The notes below the pieces were generated by a model, which saw only the letters and a program-made list of their open reading frames with translations, made no database searches and was not told the origin of the DNA. Shown here piece by piece: positions 1 to 10,223 of a DNA stretch of 64,000 nt. Source of the DNA: Nitrospirota bacterium. Lineage in GTDB: Bacteria; Nitrospirota; UBA9217. The DNA lies in the NCBI GenBank assembly GCA_963740085.1, contig CAVUCU010000005.1, positions 384,001 to 448,000 on the forward strand, in the 5' to 3' direction. Position numbers and translations under genes: made by a program. Position 1 is the stretch's first letter. The number at the start of each line of letters is the position of its first letter.

Positions 1-85
1 ATCGGGAATCCTTTGCCGCGAGGACACGAAGCATGAAGGCGAATTTTGACTTTGTGTCTTTGCCGTGGCCGAATGTGGTGTTATT

Positions 86-586
86 ATGCTGACTATTGCA
101 TATATCGGAATAGGCTCGAACATAGGAGACAAGACGGCCAATTGTCAGACGGCCGTCGAGGGTCTCGAAGAAGCGGGCCGGGTCATCGGCGTTTCCTCGT
201 TCTACTACACGGAGCCCGTGGGCTACAAAGAACAAGAGGATTTCATTAATGCCGTGGCTTCGCTGGAGACCACCCGCTCGCCCGCTGAGCTCCTGGCGAT
301 CTGCCATGCCATCGAAGACCGCTTGGGACGCAGGCGGACGGTGCGCTGGGGTCCGCGTACCGTTGATCTCGACATCCTGCTGTATGGAGATCTGGTGGTG
401 AACCGGCCGGACCTTGTCATTCCCCATCCTTTGATGGCAATGAGAAGGTTCGTGCTCGCGCCTCTTGTTGAGATCGCGCCCGAGGTCATTCATCCGGTCT
501 TGAACAAAACAATGTTCCAGCTTCTCTCTGCACTGCAGAGTTCGCACACGGTGATGAAATGCAAGTCCGTGAACAGGGCTCAATGA
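86..586 (+). CDS. folK: 2-amino-4-hydroxy-6-hydroxymethyldihydropteridine diphosphokinase
   Basis: AYIGIGSNIGD N-terminus, SSFYYTEP, RWGPRTVDLDILLY and PHP motifs; ATG at 86 chosen within ORF 65..586. Confidence 0.96.
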   Translation: MLTIAYIGIGSNIGDKTANCQTAVEGLEEAGRVIGVSSFYYTEPVGYKEQEDFINAVASLETTRSPAELLAICHAIEDRLGRRRTVRWGPRTVDLDILLYGDLVVNRPDLVIPHPLMAMRRFVLAPLVEIAPEVIHPVLNKTMFQLLSALQSSHTVMKCKSVNRAQ

Positions 587-1245
587 TCCCAAAACCTGAT
601 ATACGTCCCGCCCGCTACATTGTGACCGAGGGCCCCGTCGGTGTCGGCAAGACCAGCCTCACGTCGCTGCTCGCCGAAGAGCTCGGCGCACGCCTGATCC
701 TCGAGCAGGCGGAGGAAAACCCCTTTCTCAACAATTTCTACCGGGACCCCGCCCGGTATCGGTTCCAGACGCAGATGTTCTTCCTCCTGAGCCGGTTCAG
801 CCAGCAGCAGGAGATGGCGCAGCCGGACCTCTTTACCCGCATCACCATCAGCGACTATCTCTTTGACAAGGACCGGATCTTCGCCTACCTGAACCTTGAC
901 GACAACGAACTGGCGCTCTATGAGCAGTTTTATAAGATCCTTGAACCGAAGATCGTCCGGCCCGACCTGGTGATCTTTCTCCAGGCGGACACCGACACGC
1001 TGCTCCGACGCATTAAGCAGCGCGGCAGGTCCTTCGAAAAAGAGATCGGACTCGACTACATTACCGCCGTGAACGAGGCCTATAATCAGTTTTTCTTTCG
1101 TTATACCGACACCCCGCTCCTTGTGATCAACACCTCGGACATCGACTTTGTCCATCGCAGGGAAGACCTCGACGACCTGCTGAAGCAGATCCTGGGTATG
1201 AAACAGGGGACGCAGTACTACGTGCCGAGGACGAGGATAAAATAA
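583..1245 (+). CDS. deoxynucleoside kinase (dNK family)
   Basis: P-loop EGPVGVGKTS, FQTQMFFLLSR, DYLFDKDRIFA, RGRSFE lid; ATGA overlap with folK stop. Confidence 0.92.
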   Translation: MIPKPDIRPARYIVTEGPVGVGKTSLTSLLAEELGARLILEQAEENPFLNNFYRDPARYRFQTQMFFLLSRFSQQQEMAQPDLFTRITISDYLFDKDRIFAYLNLDDNELALYEQFYKILEPKIVRPDLVIFLQADTDTLLRRIKQRGRSFEKEIGLDYITAVNEAYNQFFFRYTDTPLLVINTSDIDFVHRREDLDDLLKQILGMKQGTQYYVPRTRIK

Positions 1246-1365
1246 TGTGAACCTGCCGCCGCAAGTGGCGACCTCTGTGGTTAAAATTCCTGTCCTGTTG
1301 CAAAGAAGTAGATTCTTTTTTCCGATTGCGGTTTATACCCTTTTTGTGTAAGATTGAGCCCATCC

Positions 1366-2301
1366 ATGGCGCTCTACATTCTGAAAAGGCTTTTTCTCTT
1401 CATCCCAACCCTTCTCGGCATCACGCTTATTACGTTCATTCTGATGCAGTCCCTGCCCGGCGACCCGGTGACGGCCATGGTCGGCGAGCGGGCTTCTCCC
1501 GAGACGATCGCGCGAATAAGGACCGAACTTGGCCTGGACAGGTCGCTCACCTATCAGTATTTCATGTATCTTAAACGGCTTGGGAGCGGTCAACTCGGAC
1601 AATCGCTGTACACCAATCGTCAGGTAACTGATGACCTGCTCCAAAAGTTCCCGAACACGGCAAGGCTCGCGCTCACGGCAATGCTCTTTGCGTCGGTCAT
1701 CGGCATCGGTATGGGAGTGTTCGCGGCCTCGAAACGTGGCACGAACTGGGACCGGTTCGTGACGCTCCTGTCCGTGGGCGGCATCTCCATCCCGGTCTTC
1801 TGGCTCGGCCTCGCGCTCATGCTCCTTTTTGCCTTCTATCTTCAATGGCTCCCTCCGTCGGGCATGGGCAATGGCGGCCTCATCCACATCATCCTTCCGG
1901 CGGTTACGCTCGGAACCTTCTCGCTCTCTTATATCGCGCGCGTGACGCGGTCCTCCATGCTCGAGACGCTTTCCCAGCCCTATGTCGCGGCCGCCCGCGC
2001 CAAAGGATTATCGGAATCCAGCGTGGTGTTCAAACATGCGCTCAAGAACGCGCTCATTCCTGTCGTAACGCTCATCGGACTGGACCTCGGTTCGTATTTG
2101 AACGGCGCGGTATTGACCGAGACGATCTTCGGATGGGACGGGCTCGGACGCTACGCGCTCGACGGAATTCTGAAAAGAGATTACCCCGTCATCATGGGTG
2201 TTGTGCTTTTCGGTGCAGTGATCTTTGTGACCATGAACCTTCTGGTCGACATCTCGTACCATTTCCTGGACCCGAGGGTGCGGGTGAGAACGGAAAAGTA
2301 G
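1366..2301 (+). CDS. peptide/nickel ABC transporter permease (DppB/OppB family)
   Basis: LPGDPV, ARVTRSSMLE, YVAAARAKGL, HALKNAL, DPRVR motifs; multiple TM helices. Confidence 0.93.
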   Translation: MALYILKRLFLFIPTLLGITLITFILMQSLPGDPVTAMVGERASPETIARIRTELGLDRSLTYQYFMYLKRLGSGQLGQSLYTNRQVTDDLLQKFPNTARLALTAMLFASVIGIGMGVFAASKRGTNWDRFVTLLSVGGISIPVFWLGLALMLLFAFYLQWLPPSGMGNGGLIHIILPAVTLGTFSLSYIARVTRSSMLETLSQPYVAAARAKGLSESSVVFKHALKNALIPVVTLIGLDLGSYLNGAVLTETIFGWDGLGRYALDGILKRDYPVIMGVVLFGAVIFVTMNLLVDISYHFLDPRVRVRTEK

Positions 2302-2440
2302 CAGTTTGGCCTAATAAAAGCTGAAAACCGGGACCGCGGGGAGAGCGGCAGTGGTTGCGAAGCCCGTATTGCCTTGTGGTGAAGGGTTAGGTAGCAAAGG
2401 ACGACAGACGAGGCCGAATTCCGAAACAGGCGTCAAAATT

Positions 2441-3277
2441 ATGCTCAATAACCTCACCATTAAAGACCTGACGAGCAATACCCCGGCTTTAATCGCAGTG
2501 ATTCTGCTCGTCCTGCTCGTGCTTACGGCAATAATCGGGCCGCATCTTGTCTCCTATGCACCTGATGCGATAAACCTCGACAGCCTGAAACAACCGCCGG
2601 GCAAAACGCATTTCCTGGGCACGGACAGTAAGGGTCGGGACATCCTCTCGCGCATTGTTTCAGGGGCGCGCATTTCTCTGAGCGTGGGGATCCTCGCATC
2701 CGCGCTCTCTCTCTGCATCGGCATCTTTTTCGGCCTGATCGCGGGTTACTTCGGCGGCAAGGTTGACGTATTCTTCTCGCAAATCTTCGATATTTTTCTC
2801 GCCTTCCCGAGTTTGTTGCTTGCCATCGGCATCAGCGCGGTCATGCCCCCGGGGCTGACCTCTGCTATGCTCGCGATCACCCTCGTCGGCTGGGCCGGAT
2901 TTGCCCGGCTCGTACGGGGGGTCACGCTGTCACTGAAAGAGCAGACCTATGTTGAGGCGTCACAAGCCCTCGGTGCTTCATCGGCGAGGATTCTGTACAG
3001 GCACATCCTTCCGAACGCGCTTCCGCTGATCCTCGTGGCAGGCAGTCTGCGCGTCGGCGGGTTCATCCTGCTCGAAGCCGCGCTCTCGTTCCTCGGCCTC
3101 GGCGTGCAGCCGCCCACCCCCACCTGGGGCTCGATGATCAGCCTGAACCGGGCGTATATAAACTCCGCCCCGTGGATGGTGATCTTCCCCGGCCTCGCCA
3201 TCAGCATCACGGTGATAAGCTTCAACATCCTTGGAGATTTTTTGCGGGACAAGCTCGACCCGCGGATGCAGGTGTAG
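2441..3277 (+). CDS. peptide/nickel ABC transporter permease (DppC/OppC family)
   Basis: HFLGTDSKGRDILSR, YVEASQALGAS, LSFLGLGVQPPTPTWG, GDFLRDKLDP motifs. Confidence 0.93.
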   Translation: MLNNLTIKDLTSNTPALIAVILLVLLVLTAIIGPHLVSYAPDAINLDSLKQPPGKTHFLGTDSKGRDILSRIVSGARISLSVGILASALSLCIGIFFGLIAGYFGGKVDVFFSQIFDIFLAFPSLLLAIGISAVMPPGLTSAMLAITLVGWAGFARLVRGVTLSLKEQTYVEASQALGASSARILYRHILPNALPLILVAGSLRVGGFILLEAALSFLGLGVQPPTPTWGSMISLNRAYINSAPWMVIFPGLAISITVISFNILGDFLRDKLDPRMQV

Positions 3278-3635
3278 CAGGCAGCGTAAATGAAGATCAG
3301 GCGAATAAAGCGGAATCACTAGCGCCTGGCTGAGAAATACCGCAATCAAAAATTGACTTCATGCATAGATAGTGCATATAAAGTCCTTCCTGTATCACGC
3401 AGAGTTTTCATTCTTCGTACCACATCGAGTTTTATTCTGTATCTGTTACCCTATGCCCGTCAAATATCTCTCATACCCATTCGATCTCGTTGACATCGTG
3501 GAAGAGAGGGCATATATTTGTTTCAACGAATGCTGGAAGAACGATCGGATATCAGGATTATCTAGCTAAGCACTCATTTATTGGCGTTGAGCAGGGTCCT
3601 TTCAATCACCGGTTCGCTAGCAATGGAGAAAAGAG

Positions 3636-3908
3636 ATGGGATGCCTAATTGCAGTTGTCGCCTTGGCTGTGCCCCGGGTACTGATAGTCTTCGCCTTTCT
3701 GTTGACTGACTGGTTCGGACGCGCATTTCAGACCAGCGTGTGGCCGATCTTGGGATTCGCGTTCATGCCCTATACGACGCTCGCTTATCTGGCGGCTATG
3801 CTTAACAACAATCACACGTTGTCTGGTGGCTGGCTGGTGCTTCTTGTTGTAGCCATTGTCGTCGACGCTGGTCATTGGGGTGGTGGAGCTACCTATCGTC
3901 GAAGGTGA
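3636..3908 (+). CDS. small hydrophobic membrane protein, unknown function
   Basis: GGAG RBS upstream; 90 aa with about 3 TM segments and a WPILGFAFMPYTTLAY motif. Confidence 0.7.
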   Translation: MGCLIAVVALAVPRVLIVFAFLLTDWFGRAFQTSVWPILGFAFMPYTTLAYLAAMLNNNHTLSGGWLVLLVVAIVVDAGHWGGGATYRRR

Positions 3909-4109
3909 CTCGGCAAGTGAGTCTCGGAATCTGCGAATTCTGAACCCTGCGGCAAACAACTGAGCGACGCGGAACGCAGCAAATGGCGAACAGGAGGTTC
4001 TTCCTCTACTCTTGGAAGTTTCATTTCTTTGGAACACTTCAATGTACATTCTGTATTTGTTGCTCAAAGAACCACCTCCAGGCTCTACGGAAAGTGGTTT
4101 GAAAGGCGT

Positions 4110-5609
4110 ATGAAGAAAGTCTGCACAACAGAATCACTATTAACGCGGCTGTTTTTCGCTTATGTGTTCTGCTTATTTGCGGCGACGGCACTGTTTCAAA
4201 ACGGCCTGTTCGAGCGAGATGGTTATTATCATGCGCGTCTCGCCCAACTGATGCCGGAGCGGTGGATTTCTCAAAGCTTTCCCTGGACGCAGCTCAGCAC
4301 CTGGAAGGATCGCTACTGCGATAAGGAGTTTCTGTATCACCTCGCAATGATGCCATTCGCCCAGCTGGGCACCGAGCCGATCCTCGGCGCACGGATCTTC
4401 GCCGTACTTCTCTCAGTAGCCGTCATTGGAGCGCTTTACTGGTTGCTTCGCGCGAACAAAGTCAGGTGGCCCCTGTTCTTTAGTGCTTTGCCCTTCGGCA
4501 TGGGCGGGTTATTCATCGCGCGGCTCGGCATGATCCGGTCTCATGTGCTGAGCATGCTGCTGCTCCTATTCGGCATTCATTTCTTGCTGCATCGACGATG
4601 GTTGGCCTTGTTCGTGTTAGGGTTTGTGTTCGCCTGGAGCTACACGGTCCCCTTTGTCCTGCTCATCACCGCCGTATCATTCGCTGTGGGGCAGTGGCTT
4701 GGCAGGGGCGGACTCGATTATCTGTCCGTTGCTGCTGCAGGGATAGGCTCGGTCCTGGGCCTCGCGGTGCACCCGTATTCTCCGATGACCCTCGAGACAT
4801 TCCTCACGTATGTGCAGATCTTCCGCATGGGGATGGAAGGCGTTGGCACGTCCGGATTCGAACTCGGCAACGAAATTTACCCGTATTCCCTGCCCGTGTT
4901 TTTTAACATCTATCCTCTGATCGTGATCCTCGTCCCCCTGCTCGTGTTGTTCGTGCTGCTTCGCAGAAAGCGCTTGGCACCGGAGACCTTCGGGGTCGTC
5001 CTGTCGGCGCTCTGTTGGTTCGGGATGACTATGGCTGCGGCGCGCTTTGTGGAGTATTTGGTGCCGCTCCTTGCTGTTGCCGTCGCTTTTGTTGCGCGAG
5101 ACTCGCTTTCAGCGCAGGATGTTGTTCTGCGTCTACCCGCGCTCAGCAAACGTATGCGCTGGTTTATTGCGACTGCGGCAATCGGCATGCTCCTGGCGTT
5201 TCACATCTATTCCATGAAATTCTATATAATCTATCAGACCACGGCCGCCCCGCCTCTTTTTTTTCAGGGGGCGTCGCGCTGGATGGAACAGCATCTGGCG
5301 CCGGACGAAACTGTGATCAATCTGTTCTGGGACGATTTCCCTGACTTGTTTTATGCCGCGCCGCGTCAACGGTATATCTGGGGCCTCGACCCCACCTACA
5401 CGATCCGTTACGACCGGAACAAGGCGGTCTTACTCGAGAACTTCCGGCGCCATCTGACGCGTCTAGACGGCCGCGTTTTAGCGGACATGCTGCAAGCCCA
5501 CTGGCTCATCCTTCGAGCGAGTCGAGTGGCTCGCTATCCTGAACTCCGCAGCACGCCATTCCGGGAAGTATACCGTGACGATGCGGCAGTTCTTTTTAAA
5601 ATAGAGTGA
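4110..5609 (+). CDS. polytopic membrane protein, GT-C-type glycosyltransferase-like
   Basis: About 11-12 hydrophobic segments, luminal DGYYH motif after the first TM, soluble C-terminal domain (WDDFPDLFY, GLDPTY); start uncertain. Confidence 0.6.
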   Translation: MKKVCTTESLLTRLFFAYVFCLFAATALFQNGLFERDGYYHARLAQLMPERWISQSFPWTQLSTWKDRYCDKEFLYHLAMMPFAQLGTEPILGARIFAVLLSVAVIGALYWLLRANKVRWPLFFSALPFGMGGLFIARLGMIRSHVLSMLLLLFGIHFLLHRRWLALFVLGFVFAWSYTVPFVLLITAVSFAVGQWLGRGGLDYLSVAAAGIGSVLGLAVHPYSPMTLETFLTYVQIFRMGMEGVGTSGFELGNEIYPYSLPVFFNIYPLIVILVPLLVLFVLLRRKRLAPETFGVVLSALCWFGMTMAAARFVEYLVPLLAVAVAFVARDSLSAQDVVLRLPALSKRMRWFIATAAIGMLLAFHIYSMKFYIIYQTTAAPPLFFQGASRWMEQHLAPDETVINLFWDDFPDLFYAAPRQRYIWGLDPTYTIRYDRNKAVLLENFRRHLTRLDGRVLADMLQAHWLILRASRVARYPELRSTPFREVYRDDAAVLFKIE

Positions 5610-6101
5610 GACGGATCCAGCCGCAGAACGGGCCAGACACCCCGTTTAGCGTATGACTGCTACGAGTTCAGGCGCAGTGTAAAAACGTAACGTCCACTGT
5701 AAATGTAGATGTCGCGGTATGTATGAATTAAAGGGGCCAGTTTTGTAGGTCTGTTAGGGCGACGCGAATCCCGACACCTCACTAACCTTTCGCTCCATGC
5801 CGACCGCTTCGAGGCGGATGAACTCATTGTCATGTGCAAGTTACGATCTGTATTTGATAATTATATCAGTATTTTAAAATTACACATTCGTAGGCGAACT
5901 AAATAACATGCCACCATTCATCATCTTCAGCTTACGCGAAATCTGCACGTAAATATCAGGTGTCATACTTACAAAATTTAGCACGCTCGTCACCTGTCGC
6001 AATTCCAGCTGATTTTCTGTTTTCAACCCTCATCATTTCCGTCCGGGCACCCCTGACAAAATCAACTTGTAAATTATTGTGTTCGTGTTAGTATAAAATT
6101 C

Positions 6102-6893
6102 ATGATCGAGAACATCCGCGCAATTAAATCCCTGGGCCAGAATTTTCTCAAGGACCCGCACTATCTCAACAGGATCGCGGACGCGGCGCAGGTCGGGCCC
6201 GAAGACCAGGTGCTGGAGATAGGGCCGGGGCTCGGTCATCTCACCGCGGTCCTTGCGCAGCGAGCGCGAAAGGTCCTGGCCGTCGAGGTGGATGACAGGC
6301 TTATCCCGCGCCTGCAAAGTGTGTTCAGCGCGTGTCCGAATTTTGAGCTTGTTCATGCAGATGCGCTCGAGTATGACTACGGATCGCTTAACGGGCAATG
6401 GAAGGTCGTGGCAAACCTTCCCTATTATATTTCAACGCCCATCATTCAAAGGCTTATCGTGCGGCGGGATAAGTTCATCAGCCTTACGCTCATGCTCCAA
6501 AAGGAAGTCGCGGAACGGATCGCTTCGCCGCCGGGGGGGAAGGAATACGGCTATCTCTCGGTGCTCGTGCAGTTCTACACCGTGCCGAGGATAGAGTTCA
6601 AGGTCCCGCCGGGCGCCTTTACGCCCTCCCCCGAGGTGGACTCATGCGTGACCACCCTGACCTTGCGCAGCCGACCCGCTGTCACGGTCAGGGACGAGGC
6701 CTTCTTCATCCGGGTGATCAAGGCTGCGTTCTCACAGCGCAGGAAGACGCTCCGAAATTCCCTCAAACAACTTGAGGCGCCGAAAGACAGGATGAACGCG
6801 GTTTTGAACAGCACCGGCATCGACCTCGGTCGCAGGGCTGAGACGCTGAGCGTGGAGGAGTTCGGCAAATTGTCGGATTTTCTCTTTTCCTGA
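6102..6893 (+). CDS. rsmA: 16S rRNA m6,6A1518/1519 dimethyltransferase
   Basis: KSLGQNFL, VLEIGPGLG, VANLPYYIS, MLQKEVAERI, FSQRRKTLRN motifs. Confidence 0.97.
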   Translation: MIENIRAIKSLGQNFLKDPHYLNRIADAAQVGPEDQVLEIGPGLGHLTAVLAQRARKVLAVEVDDRLIPRLQSVFSACPNFELVHADALEYDYGSLNGQWKVVANLPYYISTPIIQRLIVRRDKFISLTLMLQKEVAERIASPPGGKEYGYLSVLVQFYTVPRIEFKVPPGAFTPSPEVDSCVTTLTLRSRPAVTVRDEAFFIRVIKAAFSQRRKTLRNSLKQLEAPKDRMNAVLNSTGIDLGRRAETLSVEEFGKLSDFLFS

Positions 6894-7007
6894 TCCCGAC
6901 AATCTGCCGGATAAATTTCCGGTTTGCTCAGGTTGTGAGCACGAGAGAATAGTCCTGAGTTTTTTTACGTCGTGTTCCGTGGCGATCCATCGAACTTCCT
7001 TTTCGCC

Positions 7008-7035
7008 TTGACATTTACCCGTCTTGCCATATAAT
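7008..7035 (+). promoter_or_regulatory. sigma70-type promoter of gmhA
   Basis: Exact consensus boxes TTGACA-N16-TATAAT, 37 nt upstream of the gmhA ATG. Confidence 0.75.
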
Positions 7036-7072
7036 AAACCCTCGATCATTCTTGCCGCTCCGGGAGCACTTC

Positions 7073-7654
7073 ATGAAAGACGCAATCATAAAAACATTCG
7101 AGGAAAGCGCGAAGGTAAAGGTAAAATTTGCAGGCGAGAACGTTGAAAAAATCGAGGAAGTGGTCCAGCTTATCGCTCAGGCGTTCCGCGAAGGCAAGAA
7201 GGTCCTCCTCTTCGGCAACGGCGGGAGCGCCTCAGACGCCTCGCACATTGCCGCTGAGTTCGTGAACCGTTTTCTCATTGAACGGCCGCCCCTGCCCGCC
7301 ATCGCGCTGAACACCGACGTAGCAGTGCTCACCAGCATCAGCAACGATTACGACTATTCATACGTATTCTCGAAGCAGCTCGTCGCCCTCGGCAATGAAG
7401 GCGACGTGGTGATCGGGCTCAGCACGAGCGGCAACTCGTCGAACGTCGTCAGGGCGATCGACGTGGCTAAAAAGAACGGCATGAGGACCATCATGCTGAC
7501 CGGCGGCAATGGCGGCAAACTTGCGAACAAGGCAGACCATACATTCATTGTTCAATCGAAGGTCACGGCACGCATCCAGGAAACGCACATCACGCTCGGC
7601 CATGTCATCTGCCAGATGGTGGATGAGGAGCTTTTCGGCAACCATCGAAAATAG
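7073..7654 (+). CDS. gmhA: D-sedoheptulose 7-phosphate isomerase (SIS domain)
   Basis: FGNGGSASDASHIAAE, SNDY, STSGNS and TARIQETHITLGH motifs. Confidence 0.95.
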   Translation: MKDAIIKTFEESAKVKVKFAGENVEKIEEVVQLIAQAFREGKKVLLFGNGGSASDASHIAAEFVNRFLIERPPLPAIALNTDVAVLTSISNDYDYSYVFSKQLVALGNEGDVVIGLSTSGNSSNVVRAIDVAKKNGMRTIMLTGGNGGKLANKADHTFIVQSKVTARIQETHITLGHVICQMVDEELFGNHRK

Positions 7655-7659
7655 ACTGC

Positions 7660-8589
7660 ATGAAAAAGATCGACACCTCACGCATAAAGACCTATCCGCT
7701 CAGGGGCCGCGAAAGCAAGGTGCGGACCGGCGATTTCGCCAAACCACACAAGAAGGGGGCGAGCTTCCGGGATTTCTTTTTTTCCCTTCCGGACATTCTC
7801 GCCTCAAGGCATTACAGGGACGTCGTGGCCGCGGTCGTCCAGGCGCGACGGGACAAACGGCCGGTCATGCTCGGTATGGGCGCCCACGCGATCAAGGTTG
7901 GTTTGAATCCCGTGATCATCGACCTGATGGAGCGCGGGATATTCACGAGCCTCGCACTTAACGGCGCCGGCATCATCCACGACTTCGAGCTCGCCCTGGT
8001 CGGCCGGACGTCCGAGGACGTTGATAAGGAGATCCTGACCGGCGCCTTCGGCATGGCCGAGGAAACCGGCTGTATGCTGAACGGGGCGATCAAATCGGCA
8101 GGACCGGAGGAGGGCATCGGCGCCGCGGTCGGCAAGATGATCCAGAACGGCGATTTTCCTTACAAGGAGAATAGCCTGCTCGCCGCAGGTCACCGCCTTG
8201 AGGTCCCGGTGACGGTACATGTCGCGATCGGGACAGACATCATCCACATGCATCCCTCTTTCGACGGCAGGGCGACCGGCGAGGCCGCTCACCGGGACTT
8301 TCTGACATTCTGTTCCCTCGTGTCCGATATTGAAGGCGGCGTCTACATCAATCTCGGCTCGGCGGTGCTGCTGCCTGAGATCTTTCTGAAGGCCGTGACC
8401 CTCAGCAGGAACCTCGGACATTCACTCCATCACTTCACTACCGTAAACATGGATTTTGTCCAGCACTACCGCCCGAACACCAACGTCGTTCGACGCCCCA
8501 CCCAGGACGGCGGCAGAGGCTTCGCGCTCACCGGCCATCACGAGATCATGTTCCCCCTTCTTGCTGCAGCGATTATCGAAGAGATATGA
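7660..8589 (+). CDS. conserved hypothetical protein, possible deoxyhypusine-synthase-like NAD-binding fold
   Basis: GMGAHAIKVG, NGAGIIHDFE, GSAVLLPEIFLKA and GHHEIM motifs; 5 nt after gmhA; fold assignment is recalled, not verified. Confidence 0.6.
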   Translation: MKKIDTSRIKTYPLRGRESKVRTGDFAKPHKKGASFRDFFFSLPDILASRHYRDVVAAVVQARRDKRPVMLGMGAHAIKVGLNPVIIDLMERGIFTSLALNGAGIIHDFELALVGRTSEDVDKEILTGAFGMAEETGCMLNGAIKSAGPEEGIGAAVGKMIQNGDFPYKENSLLAAGHRLEVPVTVHVAIGTDIIHMHPSFDGRATGEAAHRDFLTFCSLVSDIEGGVYINLGSAVLLPEIFLKAVTLSRNLGHSLHHFTTVNMDFVQHYRPNTNVVRRPTQDGGRGFALTGHHEIMFPLLAAAIIEEI

Positions 8590-8836
8590 TGAACGTGCGA
8601 ACGTTGCCTCTATTAAGGTCGCCGGTTGCGCAGCCAATCGTACGACCAAGACTTCCTTTATCATAGTATGATCTCGGAAAAACCTTAGTTCACCACCGCG
8701 GAACCGGTAGAAAACCACTGAATTTTAATTTTTATTCCGTTTCTCGGTGGTTCCATGGTAGATTTTTTAACGCCATGCCGATGCATTCCATATATATGAT
8801 TATTAGGAAATTTTATGGTGTTTTCCGGGTTTTCTC

Positions 8837-8865
8837 TTGACAAAAAATGGAGGTTCCTGTAAATT
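8837..8865 (+). promoter_or_regulatory. sigma70-type promoter of atpB-atpE
   Basis: TTGACA-N17-TAAATT upstream of the AAGGAG RBS. Confidence 0.6.
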
Positions 8866-8901
8866 TTCCGTGTATTTTAGCGATTGTAAAGGAGCGTGCG
8901 C

Positions 8902-9597
8902 ATGAAAGAAGGACCGTTACTTCTACATTTCCCTGTCCCGGGCCTTACCGAGGCCGGACAGGTTGTAATTACATATTCATGGCTGGCCATGGCCATCCTG
9001 ATCGGACTTTCGCTGGTTGCGCGCTTCTCACTCAAGAAGACCGCGCCCACGGGCGTGCAGAATTTTCTGGAGACCATTGTCGACGGTCTTGAGGACTTCG
9101 TGGTGGATATCATGGGGCCTGAAGGCAAGCACTATCTGTCGCTCATCGGCTCTCTCTTCCTTTTCATCCTGGTGTGCAACCTCTTGGGACTCATCCCGGG
9201 ATTTGATTCACCGACAGCGAACATCAATACCACCCTGGCGCTCGCGCTCGTTTCTTTTACCGCAACCCATTACATCGGCATCAAGCGATATGGATTCAAG
9301 TATATCAAGCACTTCATGGGACCGATGTGGGCACTTGCTCCGCTCATGCTCCCCATCGAGATCATCAGTCATTTCGCGCGCGTCATGTCACTCACCTTTC
9401 GTCTTTTCGGCAATATGGTAGCAAAGCACAAACTGCTGCTGGTGCTGGCACTGCTGGCTCCGTACCTCGCCCCGGTGCCGATCCTTGGCTTGGGCCTTTT
9501 GGTGGCCTTTGTGCAAGCGCTCGTTTTCACCCTCCTGACCATGCTGTATCTGGCAGGCTCGATCGAAGCAGCTCACCTTGGCGGCGATCACCACTAA
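8902..9597 (+). CDS. atpB: F0F1 ATP synthase subunit a
   Basis: NLLGLIPG, SPTANINTTLALA, essential Arg in SLTFRLFGNM, and VQALVF. Confidence 0.96.
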   Translation: MKEGPLLLHFPVPGLTEAGQVVITYSWLAMAILIGLSLVARFSLKKTAPTGVQNFLETIVDGLEDFVVDIMGPEGKHYLSLIGSLFLFILVCNLLGLIPGFDSPTANINTTLALALVSFTATHYIGIKRYGFKYIKHFMGPMWALAPLMLPIEIISHFARVMSLTFRLFGNMVAKHKLLLVLALLAPYLAPVPILGLGLLVAFVQALVFTLLTMLYLAGSIEAAHLGGDHH

Positions 9598-10056
<459 letters not shown>

Positions 10057-10087
10057 GCGAAGCTGAACTTCACCGTGAATTCACAAC

Positions 10088-10123
10088 AAAAAAAGGGACG
10101 GTTCATTGAACCGTCCCTTTTTT
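10088..10123. terminator. bidirectional intrinsic terminator
   Basis: A-tract, GGGACGGTTCA / TGAACCGTCCC inverted repeat, T-tract; lies between convergent atpE and LbH genes. Confidence 0.9.
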
Positions 10124-10223
10124 ATTTTTTTGTGGGAAACATGGAGCCTACCCGGTAAATCGGCCATGCGGCGTGGTCATCATGCAGAGGGGAAGAACCA
10201 CAGATGATTTCACCCGAATATTC

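Noticed and set aside
3372-3569. Short ORFs 3372..3569, 10783..10977, 14304..14570 and 44170..44376 as genes
   Set aside because: No RBS, no motifs and atypical composition; they overlap promoter or intergenic sequence.
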